The notes under the pieces were generated by a model, which worked only from the letters and a program-made list of their open reading frames with translations, did no database searches and was not told where the DNA came from. A DNA stretch of 38,964 nucleotides, from assembly GCA_964528795.1 (NCBI GenBank), contig CAZGUY010000005.1, forward strand, positions 1 through 38,964, read 5' to 3'. Source of the DNA: an uncultured Gammaproteobacteria bacterium (GTDB taxonomy: Bacteria > Patescibacteriota > Patescibacteriia > UBA2591 > UBA6264). Within the stretch, counting starts at the first letter, position 1. Every line of letters begins with the position of its first letter. Made by a program: the position numbers and the translations under genes. This document shows positions 1 through 8,303 of the stretch, in pieces.

Positions 1-21
1 TAATAAGAATAAGTAATTTAA

Positions 22-1491
22 ATGGAGGTTAATTTATCAAAATTTAGTTTATTTTTTATTATATTTTTTATTTTAGGAGTTGGCTTTGCTAGTTTTTTGC
101 CGATTCCTTTTTTTATTTATTTCCCTTTGGTAGTCTTGGTTTTAATATTGTTATATTTTAAAAGAAACTTTAAAAAAGAATGGATCATTTTAGGGGGAAT
201 TTTTTTATTTGGTATTTTTTGGTACCAGTTAAGTTTTCCTGAAGATAATTCTCAATATATAAATTTTTATAATAATCAAAGTATTTCATTTCAAGGTAGG
301 GTAGTAAAGGAGGTGGAAAAAAGAATTAAAAAAGAAAATTTATTTATTGGAGATATTAAAATAAACCAAAAAAATATTAAAGGAAAAGTTTTAATTAGTG
401 TTAGAAATTATAGCGATTATAAATATGGTGATATTTTAAAAATTAAAGGTTATATTCAAAAACCTAAAAATTTTAATGATTTCAATTATAAAATGTATTT
501 AGCTCGCTTTGGGGTTTATTCTGTTTGTTATTATCCTGAAATTGAAAAAGTAGGTGAAAGTCAGTCGTTCTTTTATAAAAACATTTTAAAGATTAGACAA
601 AAGTCAAAAAGGATTATTAATAGGTTTTTACCTGAACCACAAAGTAGTATTTTAAACGCTTTAATTTTAGGATACAAAAAAGGAATGCCTGATAGTCTGC
701 GTAATAGTTTTGCTAGGGCTGGAGTTTCACATGTTTTGGCAATTTCTGGTCTTCATATTGCAATTTTGATAAGTATTTTAATGGTTTTGTTTTTAAAAGT
801 ATTTAAATTAGATTCTAAATTAAGCCTTATTTTAACATTGGTTTTTATAAGTTTTTTTGTAATTTTGGTAGGAGCACCTGCTTCAGCAGTTAGGGCTTCT
901 ATTATGGGATTAGTTTTATTATTGTCTCAAAAACTTGGTCGATCCCATGAGTCTTTAAAGGTTTTATTATTAGCTGCTTTTTTAATGCTTTTTGTAAACC
1001 CAAAATTATTAGGTTGGGATATCGGGTTTCAATTTTCTTTTTTAGCAGTATTGGGAATTTATTTTTTAACGCCTTTATTTAAAAAAGCTTTAAAAAGAAT
1101 ACCTGATTTTCAGTTTTTACCCGTACGCTCTTATTTGTCAGTTAGTTTAGGAGCTCAATTAATGGTTTTACCTTTAGTGCTTTTTTATTTTGGTAACTTA
1201 TCCTTAATTGCACCAATATCAAATATTTTAATCCTATTTATTATTCCTTTAGTAATGATTTTTGGATTTTTACTTTTAATAACCAGTTTGATATTTATGA
1301 GCTTGGGAAGTATTTTTGTTTGGCCAGTATTTTTATTTTTAACTTATATTTTATTGGTGGTTAAAATTGTTTCTGATATTCCTTTATTATCTTTTATATT
1401 TTCTAGCTTTCCGTTGTTGGGAGTGGTTGGTTTTTATATTGTTATAATATTTATTATTTTTAAAAATTTAAATAATTTAAATGAGAAATAA
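22..1491 (+). CDS. comEC: ComEC/Rec2-type DNA internalization channel, membrane (competence) domain only
   Basis: 489-aa polytopic membrane ORF. N-terminal OB-like region, then the ComEC competence-domain motif GVSHVLAISGLHIAIL and many TM helices. Confidence 0.8.
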   Translation: MEVNLSKFSLFFIIFFILGVGFASFLPIPFFIYFPLVVLVLILLYFKRNFKKEWIILGGIFLFGIFWYQLSFPEDNSQYINFYNNQSISFQGRVVKEVEKRIKKENLFIGDIKINQKNIKGKVLISVRNYSDYKYGDILKIKGYIQKPKNFNDFNYKMYLARFGVYSVCYYPEIEKVGESQSFFYKNILKIRQKSKRIINRFLPEPQSSILNALILGYKKGMPDSLRNSFARAGVSHVLAISGLHIAILISILMVLFLKVFKLDSKLSLILTLVFISFFVILVGAPASAVRASIMGLVLLLSQKLGRSHESLKVLLLAAFLMLFVNPKLLGWDIGFQFSFLAVLGIYFLTPLFKKALKRIPDFQFLPVRSYLSVSLGAQLMVLPLVLFYFGNLSLIAPISNILILFIIPLVMIFGFLLLITSLIFMSLGSIFVWPVFLFLTYILLVVKIVSDIPLLSFIFSSFPLLGVVGFYIVIIFIIFKNLNNLNEK

Positions 1492-2356
1492 ATTTAGTCA
1501 AAATTATTTAATTTGGATATTAGTTTTGCTTTTGTTTTGTAGTCTGGTTATGTTAGGCTATTTAACGATTTTAACTGATTTAAATGAGTTTGGTTCTTTA
1601 AGGGTTAATTTTTTAGATGTTGGTCAAGGAGATAGTATATTAATTCAGACTCCAAATAAAAAACAAATTTTAATAGATGGCGGACCTGATAAATCGCTTG
1701 TTTTTAAGTTGGATAAATATATTCCTATTTTTAAAAGGAAAATTGATTATATTATTTTAACTCATCCTGATAAAGACCATTTAATGGGTTTAGTTGAAGT
1801 TTTAAAAAGGTACAAAGTAAATAAAGTTTTTATAAATGGTGATAAAAACAAAATTCCAGCCTTTAAAAGATTGAAAGAGATTGGTAAGAAAAAAGGAGTT
1901 GAATTTAAAATTGTGAATGAATTTTATAATCTTAAATTAGGAAAAAATTTAAATTTAAAATTTTTATGGCCCATTCAAGCTTTTAATAATTATTCTAAAG
2001 ACAAAAACTTTTATTCAATTGTGAGTTTGCTTGATTATAAATCTCATGAATTTTTATTAATGGGGGATGCTGATAAAAGGGCAGAGAATTTTATAAAGGA
2101 TATTTATAAGAATATAAAAGCAGATGTTTTAAAGGCAGGTCATCATGGTTCAAAATCTTCTTCAGGAATAAATTTTTTAAAAAGGGTTAATCCTGAGTTT
2201 TTTGTAATTTCAGTTGGTGAAAATAATTTTGGTCATCCAAATCCGCGAGTGTTGGATAATAGTAAAAAGGTTGAAGCTAAAATCTTGCAAACAAAAATTT
2301 TAGGTGATATAATATTTTTTACAAAGGATAATAAATTATTTTTAAAATCAAATTAA
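1481..2356 (+). CDS. ComEC-type metallo-beta-lactamase domain protein (separate ORF with its own TM anchor)
   Basis: 291 aa. N-terminal TM helix, MBL motifs VGQGDS, LTHPDKDH and KAGHHGSKSS as in the ComEC C-terminal domain. ATG overlaps the upstream stop by 11 nt in another frame. Confidence 0.75.
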   Translation: MRNKFSQNYLIWILVLLLFCSLVMLGYLTILTDLNEFGSLRVNFLDVGQGDSILIQTPNKKQILIDGGPDKSLVFKLDKYIPIFKRKIDYIILTHPDKDHLMGLVEVLKRYKVNKVFINGDKNKIPAFKRLKEIGKKKGVEFKIVNEFYNLKLGKNLNLKFLWPIQAFNNYSKDKNFYSIVSLLDYKSHEFLLMGDADKRAENFIKDIYKNIKADVLKAGHHGSKSSSGINFLKRVNPEFFVISVGENNFGHPNPRVLDNSKKVEAKILQTKILGDIIFFTKDNKLFLKSN

Positions 2357-2358
2357 TT

Positions 2359-2826
2359 ATGGAAAAAACATTAATCTTATTAAAACCAGACGCCCTTCAA
2401 AGAAATTTTTTAGGAGAGGTTATTTCTCGCTTTGAAAGAAAAGGTCTAAAAATTGTTGGTTTAAAAATGATGAGACTTAGTGAAAAAACTTTAGAAAAAC
2501 ATTATAGCCAACATAAAGGAAAAGAGTTTTTTAAAGATTTAGTTGAGTTTATGAAAGACTCTCCAGTGTTAGCTATTGTTTTAGAGGGTAGGGGAGCTAT
2601 AAAAGCAGTTAGAAATTTATGTGGTCCTACTATTGGTAGAAAGGCAAAGCCAGGAACTATTAGGGGAGATTTTTCAATGAGTCATCAACACAACATTGTT
2701 CATGCTTCTGATTCTCTTGAAACTGCTAAAAAAGAAATTAATAGGTTTTTTAATGATTCGGAATTGTTTGATTATGAGAAATATGATATGGCTTCTATTT
2801 ATGCTGATGATGAATTAGAAGATTAG
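2359..2826 (+). CDS. ndk: nucleoside diphosphate kinase
   Basis: 155 aa. LLKPDA start, catalytic-His motif NIVHASDS, typical NDK length. Confidence 0.95.
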   Translation: MEKTLILLKPDALQRNFLGEVISRFERKGLKIVGLKMMRLSEKTLEKHYSQHKGKEFFKDLVEFMKDSPVLAIVLEGRGAIKAVRNLCGPTIGRKAKPGTIRGDFSMSHQHNIVHASDSLETAKKEINRFFNDSELFDYEKYDMASIYADDELED

Positions 2827-2854
2827 TATTATAAAAAAGTTATTTTTTGTTTAT

Positions 2855-2880
2855 AAAAAGGGGCTTGTTAGCCCCTTTTT
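2855..2880 (+). terminator. intrinsic terminator after ndk
   Basis: A-run, GGGGC (2860-2864), loop ttgtta, GCCCC (2871-2875), then T-run. Confidence 0.7.
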
Positions 2881-2883
2881 AAA

Positions 2884-2912
2884 TTGACAAAACTCTTGAA
2901 AGGTGCTAAAGT
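2884..2912 (+). promoter_or_regulatory. sigma70-like promoter (TTGACA-17-TAAAGT)
   Basis: Perfect -35 at 2884-2889, 17-nt spacer, -10 TAAAGT at 2907-2912. The transcript would start just upstream of GC-rich element A. Confidence 0.45.
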
Positions 2913-2927
2913 TAAACACATAAAGTT

Positions 2928-2976
2928 GGTTAACCTCTAGGGTTCACCACAGGGCGGTTAGACCGCCGGAATGCAT
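2928..2976 (+). repeat. GC-rich palindromic element, copy A (head module + GGCGGT-tag-ACCGCC triloop hairpin)
   Basis: GGTTAACCTCTAGGGTTCACCACAGGGCGGTTAGACCGCCGGAATGCAT. The head is near-identical to copies at 21406 and 35645. Confidence 0.85.
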
Positions 2977-2983
2977 AAAATAA

Positions 2984-3011
2984 TTGACAAATTTATTATC
3001 TGTGTTATTTT
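2984..3011 (+). promoter_or_regulatory. possible second promoter for the small membrane ORF
   Basis: TTGACA at 2984-2989, 16-nt spacer, TGtTATTTT extended -10-like sequence. Confidence 0.35.
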
Positions 3012-3043
3012 TAAACTAACTTTAAAATAAAAAAGGAGGATCT

Positions 3044-3232
3044 ATGAAACTTTTAATTGGTTTAGCTGTTTTAATTTTATTTCCTATATTTTCAGGAATA
3101 TTTTATTATAAACGCCAAGTTAAGGTCCGAGGTTATAAAACTAAAAGGCAAGTTAAAAGACAAGCCTTTACTATAGGTTTTATAATGTTTTTGCTAATAT
3201 TGGCAGCTGAATTGAAGATTGTGATCAATTAA
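3044..3232 (+). CDS. small two-TM membrane protein with a basic loop (KRQVK repeated)
   Basis: 62 aa, two hydrophobic helices. Strong SD AAAGGAGGAT 4 nt upstream of ATG, own terminator downstream. Confidence 0.6.
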   Translation: MKLLIGLAVLILFPIFSGIFYYKRQVKVRGYKTKRQVKRQAFTIGFIMFLLILAAELKIVIN

Positions 3233-3233
3233 A

Positions 3234-3266
3234 TAAAAAAGGGGCTATTGCCCCCTTTTATTTTTA
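3234..3266 (+). terminator. intrinsic terminator after the small ORF
   Basis: A-run, GGGGC-tatt-GCCCC hairpin, then TTTTATTTTT. Confidence 0.7.
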
Positions 3267-3326
3267 AAAAATTTAAGGCCTGAAAAAGGAAAAGAGAAAT
3301 ACAATTTATTATTTAGAATTAACCCC

Positions 3327-3356
3327 TTGACATATTAAAACAAGTTTTGTTATAAT
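3327..3356 (+). promoter_or_regulatory. tuf promoter P1 (TTGACA-18-TGtTATAAT)
   Basis: Consensus -35 at 3327-3332 and consensus -10 at 3351-3356 with an upstream TG. Confidence 0.55.
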
Positions 3357-3381
3357 TGTTGATAACTTGTAACGGAAAAAG

Positions 3382-3409
3382 TTGCACATAAAAATTTTTT
3401 TGATATAAT
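3382..3409 (+). promoter_or_regulatory. tuf promoter P2 (TTGCAC-16-TGaTATAAT)
   Basis: -35-like sequence at 3382-3387, extended -10 at 3401-3409. Confidence 0.5.
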
Positions 3410-3493
3410 AAATAAAAAGGTCTTAGAGTATATTTTACTTTAAAATTTATACCCTAAATTCAATAAAAATTAATTTGACTAAATAAAAAAATT

Positions 3494-4699
3494 ATGGCAG
3501 CAAAAGAACAATTTAAAAGAGGAAAGCCACATCTTAATGTGGGAACTATTGGTCACGTTGACCATGGTAAAACCACTTTAACCGCAGCAATGCTTAAAAA
3601 TTTAAATGCTGCTGGTTATCAAGTTGACGATAAAAGTATAGACCAAATTGATAATGCTCCAGAAGAAAAAGAAAGAGGAATTACTATTGCTCTTGCTCAT
3701 GTTGAGTATGAAACTGATAACAGACACTATGCTCATATTGATTGTCCTGGTCACGCTGATTATGTTAAAAATATGGTTACCGGGGCTGCTCAAATGGATG
3801 GTGCAATTTTAGTAATTTCTGCTACTGACGGTCCAATGCCACAAACTAGAGAGCATCTTTTACTCGCACGTCAGGTTGGTGTTCCAAGAATCGTAGTATT
3901 CTTGAACAAGACTGACATGGTAGAAGATGAAGAACTAGTAGAATTAGTAGAAGAAGAAGTTAAAGATCTTCTTGAAGAGTATGATTATGATGGTGAAAAC
4001 ACTCCTATTATTAAGGGTTCTGCCTTAAAAGCTTTAGAAAAAGCTTCTGGTGACAAGGAAGATGAAGTTTGCAAACCAATATTTGATTTGGTTGATGCTA
4101 TGGATGATCATTTCCCAGAACCAGAAAGGGATGTTGATAAACCATTCCTTATGCCTATTGAAGACATCTTTACTATTGAAGGTAGAGGAACCGTTGGAAC
4201 TGGTAGAATTGAAAGAGGAAAAGTTCACGTTAAAGATGAAGTAGAAATCGTTGGTCTTAGAGAGACTCAAAAAACAGTAGTCACTGGTATTGAAATGTTT
4301 AGAAAGTCTCTTGAAGAAGGACAAGCTGGTGATAATGCTGGAATCCTTTTACGTGGTATTAAAAGAGATGACATTGAAAGAGGTCAAGTTCTTGCAAAAC
4401 CAGGAACTGTTACACCTCACAAAGAGTTTGAAGCTCAAATTTATGTCCTCTCTAAAGAAGAAGGTGGTCGTCACACTCCTTTCTTTAGTGGATACAAGCC
4501 TCAGTTCTACATTAGAACCACTGATGTAACTGGTGAAATTGAACTACCAGAAGATACTGAAATGGCTATGCCAGGTGATACTGTTAATGCTAAGGTAAAG
4601 CTTTACAAATCTATTGCCTTAGAAGAAAAGCAAAAGTTTGCTATTAGAGAAGGTGGTCAAACTGTAGGTGCTGGAGTAGTTAGTAAGATTGACAAATAA
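3494..4699 (+). CDS. tuf: translation elongation factor Tu
   Basis: 401 aa. [17 protein letters not shown] and NKTD GTPase motifs; conserved full length. Confidence 0.98.
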   Translation: MAAKEQFKRGKPHLNVGTIGHVDHGKTTLTAAMLKNLNAAGYQVDDKSIDQIDNAPEEKERGITIALAHVEYETDNRHYAHIDCPGHADYVKNMVTGAAQMDGAILVISATDGPMPQTREHLLLARQVGVPRIVVFLNKTDMVEDEELVELVEEEVKDLLEEYDYDGENTPIIKGSALKALEKASGDKEDEVCKPIFDLVDAMDDHFPEPERDVDKPFLMPIEDIFTIEGRGTVGTGRIERGKVHVKDEVEIVGLRETQKTVVTGIEMFRKSLEEGQAGDNAGILLRGIKRDDIERGQVLAKPGTVTPHKEFEAQIYVLSKEEGGRHTPFFSGYKPQFYIRTTDVTGEIELPEDTEMAMPGDTVNAKVKLYKSIALEEKQKFAIREGGQTVGAGVVSKIDK

Positions 4700-4723
4700 A
4701 ATAATTTATCTTATAATCTATTT

Positions 4724-4786
4724 CGTGGCTCGCCTCTTAATTTGTTATGAAATTTTCAAATTTCAAACAAAGAGGGACGAGCCGCG
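4724..4786 (+). promoter_or_regulatory. long GC-based hairpin between tuf and rpsJ (terminator, processing site or S10-leader-like structure)
   Basis: CGTGGCTCG-CCTCTT-..TTTGTT pairs with AACAAA..AAGAGG-(a)-CGAGCCGCG. About 20 bp in total, AT-rich loop, no U-tract. Confidence 0.5.
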
Positions 4787-4860
4787 ATATATCTATAAAA
4801 AATTTAAATTTAATTTATAACTTAATAAGTTAGTAAGTTCTTTATTTAAAATTAGGAAGA

Positions 4861-5208
4861 ATGGCTGATAAGAAAAAACAAAATAAGAAAAAAAATAAAA
4901 ATTCAAAACCTCGTATTAGAATCAAAGTCAAATCATACGATCATAGGGTGATTGATGAAGCTTTGAAAAAGATTATTGAATCTTTGTCTAGAACAGATGC
5001 AAAGATTATTGGTCCTATTTTTTTACCAACCAAAGTAAAAAAATATACTGTTAATAGGTCTTCATTTGTTCATGAGGCCTCAAAGGATCAATATGAAAAG
5101 CGAATTCACAAACGCCTTATTGATATTGTTGACTTTAGTGAAAAAACTCTAGAAATACTTCGAGGACTGCATTTACCAGCTGGAGTTGATGTAGAAATTA
5201 AAATGTAG
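4861..5208 (+). CDS. rpsJ: 30S ribosomal protein S10 (K-rich N-terminal extension)
   Basis: IRIKVKSYDHRVIDEA core. 115 aa, with about 15 extra N-terminal Lys/Asn residues. Confidence 0.95.
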   Translation: MADKKKQNKKKNKNSKPRIRIKVKSYDHRVIDEALKKIIESLSRTDAKIIGPIFLPTKVKKYTVNRSSFVHEASKDQYEKRIHKRLIDIVDFSEKTLEILRGLHLPAGVDVEIKM

Positions 5209-5318
5209 TTTTAATTTTTGATTTAATAAATATTAATGTTGGCTAAAAAAATGCCAAAATTACATTTGTTTATTATTCGGAGGTTATAATAAGGGCTAGT
5301 TTTATTAACCTAATTTCT

Positions 5319-5365
5319 CCGGTTGGTTATTTAAGGTTTTTCTAGGCCAAGCGGATTTTTATTTT
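5319..5365 (+). terminator. terminator/attenuator-like hairpin inside the rpsJ-rplC spacer
   Basis: CCGGTTGG (5319-5326) pairs with CCAAGCGG (5347-5354) with one G-G mismatch and a 20-nt loop, followed by ATTTTTATTTT. Confidence 0.4.
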
Positions 5366-5385
5366 CTAATAAATAAAAGTATAAT

Positions 5386-5985
5386 ATGAAATTTATAGTT
5401 GGTAAAAAATTAGAAATGTCTCAAGTTTTTGAGGATGGCAAAAGAGTTCCAGTAACAAAAGTTAAAGCTGGACCATGCCAAATTACTCAAGTAAAAACTA
5501 AAGATAGCAAAGACGGATACAGGGCCGTTCAACTTGGTTTTGAAAAAAAGAAAAAGAATTTAAAAAATCACCAAAAAGGCAAAGCTTTTAAATACTTAAC
5601 TGAATTTAGGTTAGAAAATAAGCCAGAAGATTTTAATAAAGGAGATAAGATCACAATAAAAGATTTTAATAAAGGAGATAAATTAAAAGTAACTGGTACT
5701 TCAAAAGGAAAAGGTTTTCAAGGAGTAATGAAAAGACATGGCTTTTCTGGTTTTCCAAAAAGTCATGGTCACAACAAAGGCCACACTCGATTTCCAGGTT
5801 CTATTGGCGCTACTGACCCTGAAAGAGTTTTCCCGAATAAAAAAATGGCAGGTAGAACAGGAGGAGATACAATAACAATTACAAACTTAGAAGTTGTAAA
5901 AAAAGATGAAGACAAAAACATACTTTTTATAAAAGGTTCAGTTCCAGGCAGTAGAGGAACTCTTTTAAAGATTAAAGTTGCTTAA
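5386..5985 (+). CDS. rplC: 50S ribosomal protein L3
   Basis: SKGKGFQGVMKRHGF signature. 199 aa. Confidence 0.95.
   Translation: MKFIVGKKLEMSQVFEDGKRVPVTKVKAGPCQITQVKTKDSKDGYRAVQLGFEKKKKNLKNHQKGKAFKYLTEFRLENKPEDFNKGDKITIKDFNKGDKLKVTGTSKGKGFQGVMKRHGFSGFPKSHGHNKGHTRFPGSIGATDPERVFPNKKMAGRTGGDTITITNLEVVKKDEDKNILFIKGSVPGSRGTLLKIKVA
5627..5681 (+). repeat. 22-nt perfect direct repeat inside rplC (in-frame, 33-nt offset)
   Basis: AAGATTTTAATAAAGGAGATAA at 5627-5648 and 5660-5681, encoding DFNKGDK twice. Confidence 0.9.
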
Positions 5986-5987
5986 TT

Positions 5988-6641
5988 ATGGCTCAAGTAC
6001 AAGTTTACAATCAAAAAGGAGAAAAACTAAAAAAGAAGCGACTATCTTCTGATATCTTTGATATTGATATTGACCAGAATCTAGTTCATTTAGTAGTAAC
6101 TGCCTTACAATCAAATAAAAGACATGCCTTTGCTCATACTAAAACAAGATCTGAAAAGCGTGGTGGTGGTAGAAAGCCTTGGCGACAAAAAGGAACTGGT
6201 AGAGCTAGGCACGGATCAAACCGTTCTCCTATTTGGGTTGGTGGTGGAGTTACCTTTGGGCCAAGAAAAGGCCGCAACTTTACAAAAAAAGTGAACAAAA
6301 AAGTTAAAAGAAAAGCTTTGTTTATGGCTTTGACAGATAAGGTAGATGAAGATAAACTAGTTTTAGTAGATAAATTTAATCTTTCAAAACCAAAAACAAA
6401 ACTTTTTTATTCAATTTTAAAAAACATTATTGATATTGAAGCAGATAATAATAAATACAAAAACAAAAAAGTCCTTCTCAGTTTACCAGAGAAGGATTTA
6501 AAAGTAATTAGAGCTGCCAGAAATATTTCTGGCCTTTCTATTAAGCCAATTTGTGATATTAATGTTTTAGATGTTTTAAAATCTAATTACCTTATAACAA
6601 CCGTAGACGGAATTAAAAAACTTGAAAAACAATATAAATAA
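5988..6641 (+). CDS. rplD: 50S ribosomal protein L4
   Basis: KPWRQKGTGRARHGS signature. 217 aa. Confidence 0.95.
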   Translation: MAQVQVYNQKGEKLKKKRLSSDIFDIDIDQNLVHLVVTALQSNKRHAFAHTKTRSEKRGGGRKPWRQKGTGRARHGSNRSPIWVGGGVTFGPRKGRNFTKKVNKKVKRKALFMALTDKVDEDKLVLVDKFNLSKPKTKLFYSILKNIIDIEADNNKYKNKKVLLSLPEKDLKVIRAARNISGLSIKPICDINVLDVLKSNYLITTVDGIKKLEKQYK

Positions 6642-6647
6642 TATTTT

Positions 6648-7103
6648 ATGAGTTTAGTAAATAAAGTATTAGGTAAGGACGAAGATAAAAAGAAAAAAAA
6701 GAAAAAGGACAAAAAGAAAAAATCTAAGAAAAAGAAAGAAAAAAAAGCTAAAAAGTCTAAGCCTAAAAAATCAAAAAATAAAAAGCCTAAAAAATCTAAA
6801 AAGAAAATCTCTTCTCAAGGGATTGCTCACCGTGTTTTAATAAAACCAGTTATTACTGAAAAGGCAACCAGGCTTCAATCAGAAGGGGTTTATAGTTTTT
6901 ATGTTAAACCAGATGCTAATAAAATAGAAGTAAAAAAAGCTGTTAAAGAAGTTTTCGACGTAGAGCCGGAAAAGGTAAGAACAATCAAAATACCTGGTAA
7001 GTCAATTAGAAGAGGCTTAACTCAAGGAAGAACAAAAGATAGAAAAAAAGCTTTAGTCTTTTTAAAAAAAGGAGATAAAATCGAACTTGTAAGAAAAAAA
7101 TAA
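6648..7103 (+). CDS. rplW: 50S ribosomal protein L23 with a ~55-aa poly-lysine N-terminal extension
   Basis: C-terminal ~90 aa (LIKPVITEKA...FYV...ANK.EVK.AVE) is L23. The N-terminus is KKKKKKKDKKKKSKKKKEKK... Confidence 0.9.
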   Translation: MSLVNKVLGKDEDKKKKKKKDKKKKSKKKKEKKAKKSKPKKSKNKKPKKSKKKISSQGIAHRVLIKPVITEKATRLQSEGVYSFYVKPDANKIEVKKAVKEVFDVEPEKVRTIKIPGKSIRRGLTQGRTKDRKKALVFLKKGDKIELVRKK

Positions 7104-7109
7104 TATATT

Positions 7110-7952
7110 ATGCTAAAGAAGTACAAACCTACAACTCCATCAAGGAGAAAAGCAAGCGTGATAAATACGCGGGGGTTAGGAAAAGCAAGACCTCCTAAAT
7201 CTTTGCGTAAGACAAAAAAAGCCAAAGCTGGAAGAAGTAAAGGCCAAATCACTGTTAGGCACCAAGGTGGAGGCCATAAGCGCTTTATTAGAATAGTAGA
7301 TTTTAAAAGAGACAAGCATAATGTTCCTGGGGACGTTAAAGCAATTGAGTATGATCCAAACAGAACTGCAAATATTGCTCTGATTTTTTACAAAGATGGA
7401 GAAAAAGCTTACATTATAGCCCCAACTGATCTAAAAGTAGGGGATAAGGTTTTAAGCTCTAAGAAAAGTATCCCTGTTAAGCCTGGCAATAGAATGCCTT
7501 TAGAATTTATTCCAACCGGAACTCAAATTTACAATATAGAACTTACTCCAAATCAAGGCGGTAAAGCTGTTCGTTCAGCTGGAGCAGCTGCTACTTTAAT
7601 GTCAAAAGGAGAAAAATATGCTCAAGTTAAATTTCCCTCAACCGAAATAAGACGTATTCCTTTAAATGCTAGTGCTTCAATTGGACAAGTTTCTAATCCT
7701 GAGTGGCGTTTTATGAGATGGGGAAAAGCTGGTCGAAAGAGAAATAAAGGAATCAGACCTTCAGTTAGAGGTAAAGTTATGGCTCCAGTTGCTCATCCTC
7801 ATGGTGGTAGAGAAGGAGCTGGCCATATTGGTAGAAATTATCCTAGAACTCCTTGGGGCAAACCTGCATTTGGAGTTAAAACTAGAAAAAAGAAAAAACA
7901 AACTAATAAATTTATAATAAGAAGAAGAGTTAAAAAGAAAAAGAAAAAATAA
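7110..7952 (+). CDS. rplB: 50S ribosomal protein L2
   Basis: RHQGGGHKR and HPHGGREGAG motifs. K-rich C-terminal tail. Confidence 0.97.
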   Translation: MLKKYKPTTPSRRKASVINTRGLGKARPPKSLRKTKKAKAGRSKGQITVRHQGGGHKRFIRIVDFKRDKHNVPGDVKAIEYDPNRTANIALIFYKDGEKAYIIAPTDLKVGDKVLSSKKSIPVKPGNRMPLEFIPTGTQIYNIELTPNQGGKAVRSAGAAATLMSKGEKYAQVKFPSTEIRRIPLNASASIGQVSNPEWRFMRWGKAGRKRNKGIRPSVRGKVMAPVAHPHGGREGAGHIGRNYPRTPWGKPAFGVKTRKKKKQTNKFIIRRRVKKKKKK

Positions 7953-7955
7953 ATT

Positions 7956-8237
7956 ATGAGTAGATCACTTAAAAAGGGACCTTGGGTGGACCCTAAACTA
8001 CAAAAAAAGATTAAAAATGCTAAAAGGGGAGAAGATGAGATTAAGACTTGGTCAAGAGAATCAACAATTACTCCTGACATGGTTGGTTATACCATAAAAG
8101 TTCACAACGGTAGAAAGCATATCCCTGTTTTAATAGTTGAAAATATGGTAGGCCATAAACTAGGAGAGTTTGCCCATACAAGAAAGTTTATAAAGCATGG
8201 TGGTAAAATGCAAAGAGAATTGGATGAATTAGAGTAA
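7956..8237 (+). CDS. rpsS: 30S ribosomal protein S19
   Basis: [11 protein letters not shown]...[10 protein letters not shown]...[13 protein letters not shown]. Confidence 0.97.
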   Translation: MSRSLKKGPWVDPKLQKKIKNAKRGEDEIKTWSRESTITPDMVGYTIKVHNGRKHIPVLIVENMVGHKLGEFAHTRKFIKHGGKMQRELDELE

Positions 8238-8303
8238 TAGCTAAATAACTTTTAAAGCAAATTAATCTTAGAATTATTAGACAATTAATATAATTTTAAT
8301 AAA

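Noticed and set aside
1470-1500. ComEC pseudogene or sequencing frameshift at the ORF junction.
   Set aside because: There is no homopolymer at the junction. The second ORF has a proper ATG and its own TM anchor, and the overlap looks like translational coupling. I cannot fully exclude a frameshift without reads, so the split is reported as a finding with that caveat.
3602-4529. Four ORFs of 63-96 aa overlapping tuf on the opposite strand or in other frames (3602-3793 -, 4034-4324 -, 4050-4244 +, 4290-4529 +).
   Set aside because: They lie wholly inside the highly conserved EF-Tu coding frame. They have low-complexity or odd composition, no promoter or RBS, and are typical shadow ORFs.
6660-6800. 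A-rich tracts in rplW and other genes as simple-sequence repeats or mobile-element remnants.
   Set aside because: They are in frame and encode the Lys-rich tails of otherwise intact conserved proteins. They are low-complexity coding sequence, not a separate element.
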